In this document: positions 38,101-52,000 of the stretch, in pieces | How the letters are laid out: the number at the start of each line of letters is the position of its first letter | Numbering within the stretch: position 1 is the first letter of the stretch | Source of the DNA: Flectonema sp. DT1601 | Lineage: Eukaryota | Length of the DNA: 64,000 bases | NCBI GenBank assembly: GCA_964019425.1 | Contig: OZ025782.1 | Coordinates: 992,001-1,056,000, forward strand | Direction: 5' to 3' | Made by a program: the position numbers and the translations under genes | Notes under the pieces: model-generated | Databases searched by the model: none | Told to the model about the DNA's origin: nothing | The model's input: the letters and a program-made list of their open reading frames with translations, nothing else

Positions 38101-39333
38101 AGAAAGTGTGACCAGAGGGCACGAAGCTGTTGTTGTGTTTGACTAAACTAATGATTCTTATTATGACTATAATATTTGTTTCCGTAAAATATAAAACAAA
38201 CATACCGCAGGAAGCTGTCCAAATCGACAGAGTTCAGAAAAACACGGAGACAGTGTTGAGAACAGTTCTACAGGACTTCGTTCATTCAAGTCGCGATATT
38301 GCGAAAGGGTTTCGTGAGAGACGCCATTCGCGTGAAGTTTCGCACAAAGACGGGCAGCAAGGACATCAGCTCGTCTCTCTAGTGCGATGTGAAGAGGAGT
38401 TCGTTTGCAGCAATCCTGCGCCAGAATATCAGTACCGGCATCTAACAGTAAAGAAACTACTTCGAGGTGTCCCCTGTCAACAGCCAAGTGGAGTGCTGTC
38501 TGTCCCCGCCAGTCGACGGCGTCAACTTCAACGAATGAGAGTCCCAACAGGAAAGCGACGATGTAATAATTACCTTCTTGCGCACATTCCTGAAGAACTG
38601 ATCTTCCTAAAAAGTCAGCCATGTTCGCATTGTGTTTACTGATGAGTGTTCCCAACTGTTGTGGAGTTTGAAGACGTCCGAAAACATTATTTTGCATCAG
38701 AAGTCTTTCGATGATAACCTTCTCCGAGTGATCAGGTCCTTGTTGTCTAACAAACAGTGAGGCTACTGCGACAATAAAGTTTCCCTTTTCACGTGATATG
38801 CGTTCCGTTAACTTCCGTTTTCCTTTTCTCTCAGGAACTGGTAATCCGATGTATTCAATCTCTTCAGGAAGAAGGAAGCCAGCATGTGGGAACTCAGAAC
38901 CGATATTTGGAAGAATTGGAAACACGTCAGATATCTTGAGCGAATGTTCCGCTGATTTCGGAATCGATGCAACGCCACCCCGCCTTACAAATTGAAAAGG
39001 AGAACTGAAATCGAGTGCGTGGAGTTTAATTTTTGTCAACTTCTCACGCTGTTCAGGAGTCAGTGGAGGAACAGGCTGACTCGGTGACTGCTGCACTGGA
39101 CTTTCAGGAGGGTTCTCGCCGCTAATATGTGTTACGGTGGATCGGCTACGACGAGACTTCTTAACCGACTGCGCCATTGCAACGAGTTTTTGACGAACTT
39201 CAAGTAGCGTCGTATCAATTCTCAAGTGAAGAGTTCCAACACATCGAGAAGTTGTATTCGACCCCGTCCTTATCGAAACCAGAGCTGCATCATCCGGCTC
39301 TGCTGGTTCATGAGGAAGGCATCGTTCCGCCAT
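26129..39333 (-). CDS. Giant ankyrin-repeat multidomain protein, ~4086 aa, 8 exons (39333-38206, 38126-34836, 34763-34344, 34278-34208, 34148-34034, 33541-31187, 31113-30763, 30658-26129)
   Basis: Seven GTATGT...CAG introns join five ORF-track fragments and two small exons in frame (12261 nt). Many ankyrin repeats (GQTALHLAVDRGHLEVVSLLL, GNTALIHACERGH), two PDZ-like domains (EELGLELDGDLLLSNVIEASPAERAGL; GIGIECSGNEVSVVDSGSRAEVAGIEPG), filamin-type Ig repeats (YKVKYTAPGSVGMYNILATLNGIPLAQTP) and a mind-bomb-type SH3-like repeat (FQQGEEVSIKSD...GETGRVISV). Confidence 0.85.
33625..33863 (+). mobile_element. Helitron Rep/helicase fragment inside intron 33542-34033 of the giant ankyrin gene
   Basis: The + frame 33663-33863 reads ...IQIGRIFWISPRDTEAYCLRLILNARPGLKSFDDAMTVD, matching the Helitron RepHel motif IGRxxxVxPxxGExYYLRLLLxxVxGxxSFxDLRTVxG; a frameshifted KLTYT lies upstream (cf. 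LTYxEFP). GC-rich island in an otherwise AT-rich intron. Confidence 0.75.
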
Positions 39334-39656
39334 ATTAATTAAAGTGAGGGCAGCCCCTCCCCCCTGTGGAATGATTTAAATAAAATAACAAACAGCTTCC
39401 ATTCTGCTTACGAATACTAAACTCTACTTCGGTCACATTATTGTCTGCTGGTGACCTGACAGAAGGAACGGTTAAACAATTGACGTAAATATAATTTATA
39501 AATATCTGATTTATTTCATCACCACGGAAGGTGTTGGTAAATCGTACGTATGTCGAGTCTAAAGCAATCGGAGCGTTCAAAAATGTTCTTCATTTTTGTA
39601 TTTCTTTACTATTTTTCAATCTAAACCCCTATTCGAAGGACGGAATTATCGCAGCG

Positions 39657-42600
39657 TCAGGGAACGTAGGCTTCATGTGAAGGGCTGTTTTTATTTTTTT
39701 TTATTTGAGGAAATCACTAGTTGGTTACATATGTAGCAATTAATACAAACCTTCTGCTTCTGCTTCGGCTGTTGCTTCTGATAGTAGAGTCGTCACGTGC
39801 AACTCGAGGAAGTCGAGGGGGTGAAACAGGCAACCCAACGTCAACTGGGTTCACTCGAATTCGACGTGTGTACCCAAGTCGCTGTGCTGAAGGAACTGAA
39901 GATCTCTCAGGGACGATAGTTATATTTCTCTCAACGTCATCATACTTCGATCTCACAACAAGTTCTACAGACTGACCAGGTTGAACATCTTGAACTAGCT
40001 CTCTAAAGTCAGATAAAAACTCCACCTGTTTCCCTTCTACTTTTGTAATTATATCGTCAGCTTGTACTCCTGATGATAGACTAGCTCCTTTAACTGCAAC
40101 GACCTTCACACCAGCATACTCAAATCGGGCGCCTAGCCCACCGCGGAATTTGATGCTGTCTGTGACTTCGAGTCCGAAGTGAGGGAAAACATTGCGAGCT
40201 TCGCGTTTTTGCTGATTCTGACTAAAGTATCGCTTCCGTGTGAGTTCCAATTCCTGCAGCTGTTCTTCAGCAACTCTCTCAGGCTGTTCATAGCTGCGAT
40301 GCGAACGAGCAACGGAACCGATTCTAAGTCGATCGCGTTCCGTGTCGTCGTGGAGTCGATTTGTGAGTTCCCGAAGTCGCTGCAACTCATCGTCCAAGGC
40401 ATCGAACAATTCCTCTTCAACCATCGCTGTTGCGTAAAACACGTGACCATTAACTTCTACCGCTACACCAGTCTCACCTGCTTCCCTACCTGCTGTAAAG
40501 GTCGCAACCCAAGTACTCGCAGTTCCCGGAACCGCCTGAACTCTCGTTGACACTCTTGCAGTGTTTTCAAGAGGTCTGAGTACAATATTTAGCGGCTGAT
40601 CAACATCATGAAGAGGAGCATATCTAAAGTCACGAACAGTAATTAAACACTGTACTTGATTACCTGGTCTAACTGGATCAGGTGCTAGTGACACGTCAGT
40701 AGAGTCTAAGAATAATGGACCAGACTCCATATTGTGGATATCACAAACACATGCAGTACATTCATACGAACAACCAGAGTGATTAACAACTAAACCAACC
40801 AGTCCGAGACCTTCACAGACGAAGACAACTTCTAAGGTAGATCGAGAGATAGACCCGACTCTCGTCAGTGAAGATATTTCACCAATTGGCTCCAACACCA
40901 ACTGAGAGGTGTCCGGGGCCGGCGCAGGTTTTCCAGCCGCATCATAAAATGAAATAATTACAGAAATTGTATCACCTCTTAGTACCGCTGGTGGATTACA
41001 ACGAACAGTTGTTCTTGTTGGATCAGCATTAGTACCTGGAGTTATTACAGTAATTGGACATAAAAGAGTGATCCCATCGATATCAACTTCTATATCTGTT
41101 GTTCCATACTGAAAGTCTGATAACAAACACTTGTACAGTCCTGTCGTTACTTCTGTAACTTCTCCAACAACTGCTCCCCTGATGACGATGTCATCTGAGG
41201 ATGGTCCTGCAGCTGCCATCCCATTCACTGAATAAGTTGAAATTACTAACAGCGTCACATCCAAAGGTGAGACTGTTTGGATTGCTTTCGCTTTCCCCAT
41301 CAGTTTAGTGTGCTGAGTGATATCCTGCCCCGTGTCATTTCGAAGTACCAGTTTTGTGTATTTGGGATCGTAAATCTGTCTGGGCTTTATGTTTATAAAT
41401 AACTTACTAATAATAGATTTCTTATACAATAATTCAATTGTAAGCCTTCCGGGTTTCAGTGGGAGAAACTGTGCCGTGATTGTACAACAAGCAACATTCT
41501 CCATACTGAGCATTCTAGCACTGTCTTCCTCAGCAGAGATCGACCAATCAGATTCTGGTCCACAAGGATGTGGGGCTCCCCATCTATCTCTTGAAGTGAT
41601 TATGATATCAACAGGCATATCTACGCTGATATCTTTTTGATTGCATGAGATACCAGTTTTTGACACATCCATTTCCTCAGGTCCCACCACTGCAATAGTC
41701 GTCGCATATAACGTGAGACCCATGAAAGAAACAGCTACTCCAGCTGCCCCAGACTGTCGTGTTTGTTGTTGTAATTCGTGTCGTGTAACACAACAGGTAG
41801 TTAATAACATTGCAAAACTAAATAATAAAAACCACAAACCTGTTTCGCTATAAAAGTCGTCTTAAAAGTAGAGGGAGTGAGGGATTGAAATGGTTGAAGT
41901 TGAGAAGCTCCTCCAACAGGTCGAAGGTCTCGCAGATCGTCGACAGAAGCTCCAGCTGTGGGGACTCCTGCTGCAGATCTTGTTGTCAACATTACCGTCA
42001 CCTCCTCATCAACCTTCGCTGGATTTGGAGAGCAGCTCAGAACTGTGTGCATCGTACTAATGTGAGGCGTTACAAATAACACCACCTCAACTGTGGCATT
42101 TTGAGTAGTCGATCCGTAAGTAAGTGACACTCCACTCTTACCGACATTGAGAGGAATAAATGAGAATGTCGCTTGAGAAGGACATCCGACAGTTTCCTGT
42201 TTTTTGTTATTTAATTACTTTTCTGGTAATATTTCAAAAAAAGGTTAACAAACTAGTTCTGTTTTAGAACACTAAAACGAAGTCTAAATAAATTAAAAGA
42301 AACACACCCGAAGACAGCTCAGCTCTGTTGTATTTCCCAAACCGGAGAGAGAAAAGCTACTGAGAGGGGGGGCAGCAGTTACAAGACCTTGCGAGTCTTT
42401 TGTAATGATTGTTCCTGTGACTGTGACTCCTGCCTGAACTGGGTTGGGTGATAACATAATAGAAGTCTGTCTTGGATCGAATGGTTCAATTCTAGCGACA
42501 CTCGATGTTGTACAGAGTACAGAATGACCTCTGTAAGTAACAATAACTCCACACCTTCCAACTTCTTGTGGTGTGAACATTAAACTAAAACAAGAACGGG

Positions 42601-43294
42601 ATCCCGTAACTGGTGTTAAGTTTGCAATATTACCAGATGCGCGAACTTCGAAGTCACGAGCATTGGAACCTCTGCAGGGAATTCCATCAGCGTTACGAGT
42701 AATAATAACGACCTGAACTTCATGTCCAACACCAACTGGGTCTGGTTGACATCCTACTGTTGTTGCTTCAGGATCAATTCCTCCAACAGCTTCATCTTCA
42801 TAAGGATTATCATTATTTATTACTAACGTTCTGCTATCAAGTGATGATTCGATTCCATCACCAAGACGTTGTAATTCACTAACACGAGCTCTGAGATATC
42901 TTAAAAAGGTTGCGTCCGTCCCGTACGTCAACCCTCCTCGTTGAGTTGGTGGCGGCTGCTGAAATGTAACAACTCGAGTTTGATTGTTTTGAATTGTTAA
43001 AGTGTTTCGGAGTTTCTCAATTTCTTGTGTACTCTCGCGGTCATTTTCAAGAGCTCGTTTTAGCAGGAGTCGGAGCTCTTCATTTTCAAGTGTCAGACTG
43101 TCCACTCTCTGGGTCAGCCTAGAAATCTCAAAATTCTTTTCTTCAATAGTCTGCTGGGCTGAAAGCTTAAAGTTTCTGATGTCTTCAATTTCCAAATATC
43201 GACCCTCCCTCCCACCAACACCGTACTGCGTCAGCTCCATAGTCCCATTGCTTTGACGAGACGAGTCGATCTCCCTGCTGTAGGGCGACTCCAT
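39657..43294 (-). CDS. Coiled-coil + tandem Ig-like (filamin/invasin-type) repeats + PDZ protein, ~1124 aa, 4 exons (43294-42308, 42196-41840, 41753-39751, 39684-39657)
   Basis: Introns 42197-42307, 41754-41839 and 39685-39750 join the fragments in frame (3375 nt). A ~95-aa unit repeats (DPxxTxxxCxPxPVxVGxxVxxxIxTRDxxG...F...GxxGVxVxY); C-terminal PDZ (FGLEV...GVKVVAVKG...GVQADDIITKVEG). Confidence 0.85.
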
Positions 43295-43914
43295 GTTTGT
43301 CGCTGTGTTGAAGTATTTATTTACACAGAAACCTTACATATTTAAATCAAAAACCACGACTAGACCTTCTCACTGTGTGATCAAAAAAAGGTGGTGAAAT
43401 TAGTTTTACATTTTATGTAAATCTGCATAAAAATAAATTTTAATGCGTCATTTCTGCTTTCAGAAGGTATTCCGCCAACAGGATGCGGCAAGCAAGGCTA
43501 TCGAAACAATATAAAAAAAGGTTACTTGTGTGAAGTGAGGGTATTCTCTAGAGTGGCCCTTCTTAGGTGCAACGGTTGGCAGAAAAATAAAAAGTTCCGA
43601 CAAATGTCGGGCATTCGCAGTTAATAAAGAAAAAAAATAATTGATCGCCCATTACTGTTAAGACCAATTTGCAGCTTCGACAAGCCTTCAAGGAAAAGCT
43701 GTCTGACCTCGACATAGTCAGTACCGGGTAAACAGAAAGTTAAACAAAAAAAGCACGCAGAGTTCTCGAATAATATTTATTATTCGAGAACACATAAAAG
43801 ATAGGTTAGGGATACGAGACAAAAAAACACTGCAGGCGTGTTGTCTTAACACGTTGAGGTTAGAAATGTATATTAAGAACGAATTATTTCTTCAAAGATG
43901 TTGAAGTAATGACC

Positions 43915-46900
43915 TTACAGCTGTGGTCTATTTAATAATTGTGAACTCTCAAGGATTTCGGTATCAAAACCGTACAAACTAAAGGCTGCGATCCTCTTCA
44001 TTCGATCAACGCGAAGCTTTGATAAGTACAATGGCTTTCCTCGATACAACTTCGGGTCCTCCTCTCCGTACTGATCAACATACAGTGGTGGTATCAACGC
44101 GTAACGATTGCCGTAAACAGCAATGAGACGAGTCTGGTTGAGAGACATAAAAAGAGATTCTCCAGCACCACAACTAGCAGCGTGTTTTTTACATGTGCAG
44201 CAGCTGCGTTTCTCAGTTTCATCTCGAGAAATATCGACCATCGCCCAAGGATCTCTCTCTTTGAGTAAAGATTTCCCGTCGACTACAACACCACACTTTA
44301 AACAGAGGCAGGCGTTGACTACTTGATTCTGACATTCACACTTAACGTCGTGATACTTAGCAACTAGTGCAGTGTATTCATGTGGTAGTTCAATTCCTAA
44401 CTTCAATGGAAGATTACTTCTGATTGGAGGTGAGATCTGACGACTCTTTCCTTCTAATTGATCGACCCATTTTGAAACTGATGCTAATTCCTCATCTCTA
44501 TTTAGTATCGTAGAAGCGATCTCATTAATTGTTTTATATCCGTCACCGAGTGGAAGTAATGAACTCAACTTTGAGAATGCCTCAATTGGAGTATCAAGTG
44601 AAGGTAACACCAAATGATTAGCAGTAAGTGGAGCAGTAACAACACTGTGTGTTATCACCATGTATGATAACATAACACTAAGCTCTCTGTTGATATGCTC
44701 AATTATATTTAAATTTTCACTTTCTTTTAGTCTTACATTTCGTGGGATGGCAGACTGTAGTGTAGCCGCGAGATCTTTCATTGATCTGTCCCCATCGACT
44801 TTGATTCCAGCAGATAGAAGCTCAAGGATAATTTTACACAGCTGAGCTTCTACTGTTCTTCTCATTAAATAAATATATCCTGAGAAGTTAACATCTTCGA
44901 CACGGAGGGTGATGTTAAATAAGATTTGAATCCAGATTGAGAATACATCACGAGTCTGTTTTTAATTTGTTTAATAAAGTACACTAAGTCGACCACCATG
45001 TCTCTATGATTATAAAGAGATCCTGACATACTAGTAATGGATACTTCCCTGTTGGACAATTCATCGTGTCAGGCAAGTGCAGTAGTACTCTGAGTCCTTC
45101 CACATCAGCAGTGTGATACTGTTTTATGTTTTTTTTTTTCTTTTTTGTATTTCGTTACAAAGATTAACCACAAGAAATATTAACAAACCTTATTCGATTC
45201 AAGGAGTGCCTTCAATTGCTGACGTAGAAAGGTAAGTTTCCTGTTTTTTTATTATTTATTTATTACACAACCATCGCATTGGTTTAATGAAAATGATTAT
45301 TTAGTAAGTTTCATACTTAAGAGGAATTGGTGCTGAACTGTTGTCATCAAATCGACTTTCAAGTTCTGTGACTGCGATCTGTTGAGCCCAAGTGAGAATA
45401 GACCCTCCTGTGTACGATGCATTTCGACATGATTCTGGAAACTGACTAGAAGCGAGTACTTTTGGAAATGATTCAAGATGGTGATAATACGCTCCGTCAA
45501 TTCGTCTGGCATCAAATTGAAGTTCTCCACAAATCTCTGGATCATTAACAACTTCAGTGAGTAAACCTTCAATTTCTTCATCAGGTCTTGATAGCTGTTC
45601 CTCATTCTTCTCATTAATGACAGTCATTATTGAAGGAAGGTCTACTTTTCGTTTACCATCTCCGACAATCTGTTTTATTTAATTAATAACAAAAAACACT
45701 TCTAAAACATAAGAAAAAGTAAATAACCAATTCCTACATACCGGACACATGGTGTTAGCAATTCGTCCACACAAAGGACACAGGTACTCACTGGCTCTAA
45801 TGTCCAGTACAGAAACACCTCTAAATTCTGCGGGTATGACTAAGTCGTTCCAATGGTGTCTCATTGCTGATGACTGCTTCAGGTATCGAAGGTGACTCTG
45901 AAGGCAATCGATGTGTAAAATATGACCACAAACATGAGTAATAACGTGACCAGTTTTAGATAAAAGTGTATTATTAAAAGCATTAGTGTCATCATCAAGA
46001 GGACGAAGGATGTTTGGTCGTTGTGGATCAACAGACTCAAAACACTGTTGAAGTCCCGCAGTTCGAGAAGCGAATGCAACGAGTCCGAGATCAGTACATC
46101 CGCCAGCAGGCGAGGCATCCATTTGGCAGAGGCAGCATTTTTCACCTCCCATCCAACCAAGGTCCATCCACTTGTGAAGTGACTCTTGTACTTCTTCATC
46201 TCCACCATCCTCATCTTCATCACTCGATTCGAGGTCGAGATCTACTTCCTGAAGTTGTTGATTCATCTTATCGAGTGCTGCTTTCTGTTTTGCCTTTCCC
46301 TTTGCTGTTCTCGCCTTCGCCTTAGCGCCTCCCTTCTTTGTCGATTTCATCTTCTCACCAAGTTGTTCTTCGAATGACTCCGTTCCAGTGATGTTAGAGT
46401 TAACAATTTCATTAACGATGTCCTTTACTGTTGGAGTCAGTTCTTTTGTTTTTGGATCTCCGACTATGTTGATGATGAGAGTGAGAGGGATTTCATTACT
46501 CGTCATCTTCGTTGTTAGAACTTGCACTACGTCATTGTATACTCCACCTTCCCAAGTAACACTGTCAGGGGTTAGTGTTTTTACTCCACCCTCATAACGA
46601 GTAGGGTAGAAGTGTTTGTCAGATGCTTCAATCGAAGACCAGTTTGATTTATACTGTTCCCTAGTTCGTAATGCTAAAAGTATTAAGTCGAGTGCTGCTC
46701 TGATATCCCCATCTGAAGTTGACTTCGAACTGAAAGACTTCACAACACTGACAGCGATTGATAAAGAGAACTGATTATGGATAACACCAATCAGATTCTC
46801 AAATGCCTTCGGTGGAGGAACCCATTTAGATATCGGAAGAATAGTTCTTCCAGATTTTATATTCATGTATTCACTATCTGCTGTCAGTAACATTTGTTCT

Positions 46901-49032
46901 TCCCAAGCAATTGTGTATGGGTTTACCTCACACCACATCTCCTTCTTGAGGCTGAACTTTGTTCCGACTGCAGTCTGCTCAGCTGTCGCAATTTCATTTA
47001 AAATATTCTCCAAAACCTCTGAGTTGGTTGTTTCGGTAATCAGTCCAGTTAGCTGAGAGAACTTCTTGCTACCCGCTGCTAGTTTTGTGATAACTTTCTG
47101 TCTTATAGGTTCCTTAAAGTTAGTGCGGTCAGTAGCGAGGGTGAGGAGAAGTCGAATAAGATGGCCGACGATGTTATTCTCACGCTCACTCTCAACATCA
47201 GTCTCAATCAACGGCTGATGACCTCGAAATCTGTGAGCTGTGTGCACCACCATCGATGTTGGTGATATCGCAGCTTCGATCTGTAAGAGGAACGAGTCTG
47301 GTAATACAAAAAGGTCTAACGGAGTAGTTCTGTAGTAATCAGCAAAAGTTTGAATTCCCATGTGATTCCTTCTCCACATACAAGAAAGACACTGAGCACG
47401 TGTTAGAATAGTTGTAAGAGCATTCTCTGTGTAAGTCTCAATGCGTTTGATATAATCAGCAGGAAGAATCTGTACAAGGGAAGCATCAGGAAATGTTTCA
47501 TGAATTGACATAAACATCTCTGAGAGAAGTCTGTGTAGAGGAAGCTGAAATGCAACTCCGTGTTTTGAATTCTTAAAAGCATTGTTCTGATACAACCATG
47601 GTATATCTATCTCACAATCTCTACTTGTTAATGTATCAGATAAGTAAACATCAATAAAACGAATTACTTCATTTGTGATAACGTGAGTGTCGTCCGGTGA
47701 TTTACAAAGACTAACCGACTTGGCTGCAACATTAAATAGACGAGTCTGATTGTGATGAAGTCTTACAAACGGAACGATATCAGAATCAACATCTTCACGA
47801 AAACAAGTGTGACCTCTTTGTAAACAAAGACAGTAAATAAGAAATCTATCAAACAATTGTTGGTCACGACAGAAGTAGTGTGAGCAGCTTGTGATTGCTA
47901 ACGTGAACTCGAGCATTTGCATCTGAGAACGGAAGAATCGAAAGGCTGCAGGATCAACAGATCCAACAAAAGATAGTTTAGAAGCAGTCGAAATATTATC
48001 AACGAAGAACTTAATTCCATTATAGTTTTCAATCGGCTGAATCATTTCCTTACTTAAACAAACGGTCATCGCTTGCGTTATGGAGGCGGCAAAGCCAGGA
48101 CTACACTTAGCCTCATTCGGTTCCATGTACTGCCTTACGATTGTATGAACAGAAAATATCTGTACAGTCAGTGAAGATATCCATTCAACTGCTATTAATT
48201 CTGGTCTTCTTGAAACAGCAGATGCTAACATCCTTCTCATGTGAAAGTCGCTCATCATTTGCAAATAGAAGTTGTGCATCACCTGATCGAGTGTTTTCCC
48301 ATAGTCAAACTTTGATACCGCCACGCTCAGCATTTTGTGGTGAACGCTATTTTCATACTTTTCGGTTTCGTGATCAACTGAAAGTTGTTCGCCCAGTATC
48401 CTTCCTGGTGCGCTTCCAAGTCTCGCGAGCTCAGTCAGTTTCTTAAGGAGAATAATTGCAACTTGAGCAGCTCCCCCTACCTTACTGAATGGATCGTTAA
48501 CATCCAAGTCTTGTTCAACTACTGAGATAGCAGAGTTAAGTACCCGACAGAGTCCATCACAAACAGCGATACACCTCGCACGGGTTTCCGGTTTCAAAAG
48601 AATCTCTGCAGGATTCTCATTCTCTGTAAAGCCGCGATGTTTTCTGCAAAATCCAGCACGGGCCCATGCCTGAGGGTCACCGCAGTCACAGAGACCTCCG
48701 GCTGTTTTTACTAATCTCCAGTTATGTCCTTCGTGAAGGTCTTCTTCAAAACAGTCAACGCAGACAACACAAGTCGGATCAGCCTGACATGTCATACACT
48801 TGTATGCAACACCATCTTGTTCTTTCCAAACCTTTCCGCAAACCTGAACATTCTTTAGTCCTTCAGCGAGCTCACCGTCATCGTCTTTTAAGAGTTCTAC
48901 TGCGAAGTCGTAAACTTTCCATGTCTCCCAGGTGTATGAATTTTCGTGAATTTCTGCAGCGAATGTCTCCGGCCCCTTCTTTCGTACTTCTGCTACCAAA
49001 GTCGGATCGACGACGTTTTCGTGGGAGCTCAT
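43915..49032 (-). CDS. UBR-box/RING N-recognin E3 ubiquitin ligase (UBR1/UBR3/PRT6 family), ~1607 aa, 5 exons (49032-45742, 45669-45317, 45240-45189, 45118-45032, 44955-43915)
   Basis: UBR zinc finger CGKVW..YKCMTCQADPTCVVCVDCF..HEGH..GGLCDCGDPQAW..FCRKH; split RING (CCLCQ...CGHILHIDC...YLCPLCGRIAN); PRT6_C-type tail (CLCLKCG..HAASCGAG..YVDQYGEEDPKLYRGKPLYL). Four introns restore the frame (4824 nt). Start placed at ATG 49032, after a CAG. Confidence 0.92.
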
Positions 49033-52000
49033 GTCGCGATGCCTGTCTGTAAGAAGTGTGGTCTGAAATGATGAAAAAGTCAATTCCGTTCACAAAAGTA
49101 AAAAGTGGAAGGGGTTGGGTATGACTTACTAGAACGATATAACGGGAAGTCCAATTGAAGTCAAGTGACAAGCACGCTGCGGCTTCATAATCCCCCGAAG
49201 AAGAAAAGGTTCTGAGAACACAATTGGGCGGCTGCGAAAGGAAGTCTGTCAGTTGGGGGGAGAGCAGGTGAAAAAAAGAAAGAAAACACTCTGAGGGTGG
49301 GAGAAAAATGAAGTATGCACACAAACGTGTCTTAAGAAGAGGGTTTGGGGAGGACAAAGAAAACGATAAAATATAATAGTAATTTAAAAAATGGAAAGAC
49401 TTTTTTTTTTTTTTTTTTGCGGGAAAGCTGAACGATTTTTAACAGCATCCCCGCACGAATGGGAAGTACTTCTTCATTCGATCCGCTAAAGTAACTTCGC
49501 TTGAGTCACTAACGGAAAATAGATAAATTGAACAAAGAGAAAGTGTAAACCTCAACTCAGATCATATTCTATTTGACTACTCCAATCTAAGGTAATTTGT
49601 TAAGCCCAAAGAACGATCAACCTGATGAATACACAATTCTCTATAAAATAAAAAGAAATATTTAATAAAAAGAAAACTCCGTAACAAAAAAAAGCCACGC
49701 TCGTATTATTTTTTGGCTTTGTTTAGTTTAAGTTTCGTATGGCTGGCTTTTTTTGGATATTTACGCTGCAACTTTAATAGTAAGAAGCAGTTTGTTAATT
49801 TAATAAAACGATGTCACAACACGCGCTTTCAAACTCGGTAAGTCCAAAGAAGACTGGCCACAACCCTTAAAGAGATTCGTCACAGGATTTCTCTCATTAT
49901 TCCGTTCAAAGTAGCCAAGAAGGACCCTCGAACTAATAAACACAAACAAGGTTACACAAACGAAAATTAAGGACACGCGTTGGGGAGGAACTTCTCTTTG
50001 TCACTGACCAGGGATGGAAAATAAAAAATGAAAAAAAAGGAGGGAAAACCCAAAAAATGAGGAAAGATAAAGAGCAACATTAGGGGAATGGGAAGACAAG
50101 TCACCTGCTTCTACCTGTGGGTAACCTGTCTAAGGCTGAATTCTATAAGAAAAAGGATAAATATTCTTTTATGCGCCGTTTCTTTTTTTTTTTTCTGATT
50201 AAGTTATACACATTACCTCCTTACATAACAAAACACTGTTGCCATACTCTTTCTTGTTTTTTCGTTCGAAAAATGATGGTGGGAGGGGAAACAGTAAATG
50301 CCTCATCTGTTGACCTGCAGTATGTAGTGCGTGAATGTTAGAGAAAAAATAATATGTTTACAGTCCGCGAGAAAAAAGAAAAAAATAAAACTTAGTGAGA
50401 AAAGAAAATCAACAGTGATACGGTAGTACTCCACAATGCACAGGTCAACAGAAAAAAAATGCAGTCACTGAGAAGCGAACTGGATCTGTGGGTGCAAACA
50501 TGTCTATAATTTCGATGACTTTAATATTTGTCCGTATTATTAATTCTTTTTTTTTTTTTTTTATTGTTTAAATATAATTCTGCTTTGCTTTGGTGACTCC
50601 CCCAGTAGATCTCCAACACTCAAAATATTATTACCACCTTCTGATCGTAACATCGTAATGAGGTAAGTAGCAGGAGGAATTCGGTTTATTCAGGTACTTT
50701 GTAGGGAGTAGGTAAATGCCAACAACACTGCCCCTGCAGTCATTAGGAGCGAAGAGTAAGCGTTTCAATCCAATGGATATAATTATCAAAATGAGAAAAA
50801 GATTTCACGTCTAACTGGATAGTATAATAAAGCTGCCGCGCCACAACGTGTTTACAGTTTTTCACGACTGTTGTCGCAGCAGCTTCTTTACTACCATCCA
50901 GGGTGGTGTTCTTTGGTGTTCGTTTTTTTAATTTATCACATTTTTTAGAAAGGCAAAAAAGGATTCTCCATTTCCAACTCTTTTTTTTTTTTTTTTGATT
51001 TGTTTCTGTTGTTGTTTTTCTTTTTTTTTTTTTTTTTTTTGTTAAAAGTTAGCGATAATAATCATTTCAGTTTGTCAATAAAATGATAACATCGATACTC
51101 AACGACATATTCGTAAATAAAACTGGAATTGGACACCAGACAGAGAGGGAGGAGAGTGGAACCGTAAGCGATAAAGCAGAAACAGATATTACCCAGCCAA
51201 GAACTGACAAATGTTCATTCCAGGCTGTGACGTGCTTTGGTAGTCACCTATGAAATAATTGATACTGAGAAAACACATGTATGCAGGTGTGTGTGTGTGT
51301 TGTTCTGGGTTCTTTCTGATTTTATTTTTTAAAAAAAAAATGTTATTTCTGCAGAAATCAGGATCTAGTATATTTATGGTACGCACGTTGTGTTTTTATT
51401 TATTTATTTTTTTTTTTTTTCGTTGTATAAAAAAAATGTACTTTAGTTTTTTTCTTTTTTTCTCGTTCTATTTTCGTTATTCACGGACATGATTGTTACC
51501 TACGAATTGCAACTGCAGAGAGCAGCTGTGGATGGTACGCACGTAATTTTTTTTTTTTTTTTTTTTTTTTTTGTTTCCCCACGACTTCGTTATACTTTAA
51601 TAAAAAGAGAGAAATGGTTTTTTTTTTCTTTTTTTTTTTTTTTTTTTCTTGAAAGAACATCAGAGTTCTTTTTATTCATTCATTCACTATATTTTTTTTT
51701 TCCTCGATAACAAAAAAAAAAAAAAAAAAAAAAAAAAGAAAATAACGGAAAAAACAAAAGAGAAGAAGAAGAAAAAAAAAAAAGCGTTGCGATTAAAATA
51801 AAAAAATAGACCTTGGGGAAGGGGGCAGCAGCTCTTTTTAAGCTCCCACTAATGGTTTCGAAGACAAACATACGTAATTTAAGTCACAAAGAATGTAATG
51901 TAAAGCTCATTGGGTCTCTTCCATTTGAATTGAGTTGTTATTATGATCGACTACATTACACCTTTATGTTTCGTAAGCCAGCACACGAATACAATGGCGG

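Noticed and set aside
26432..48446. Plus-strand ORFs inside the large minus-strand genes
   Set aside because: Antisense shadows of real CDSs.
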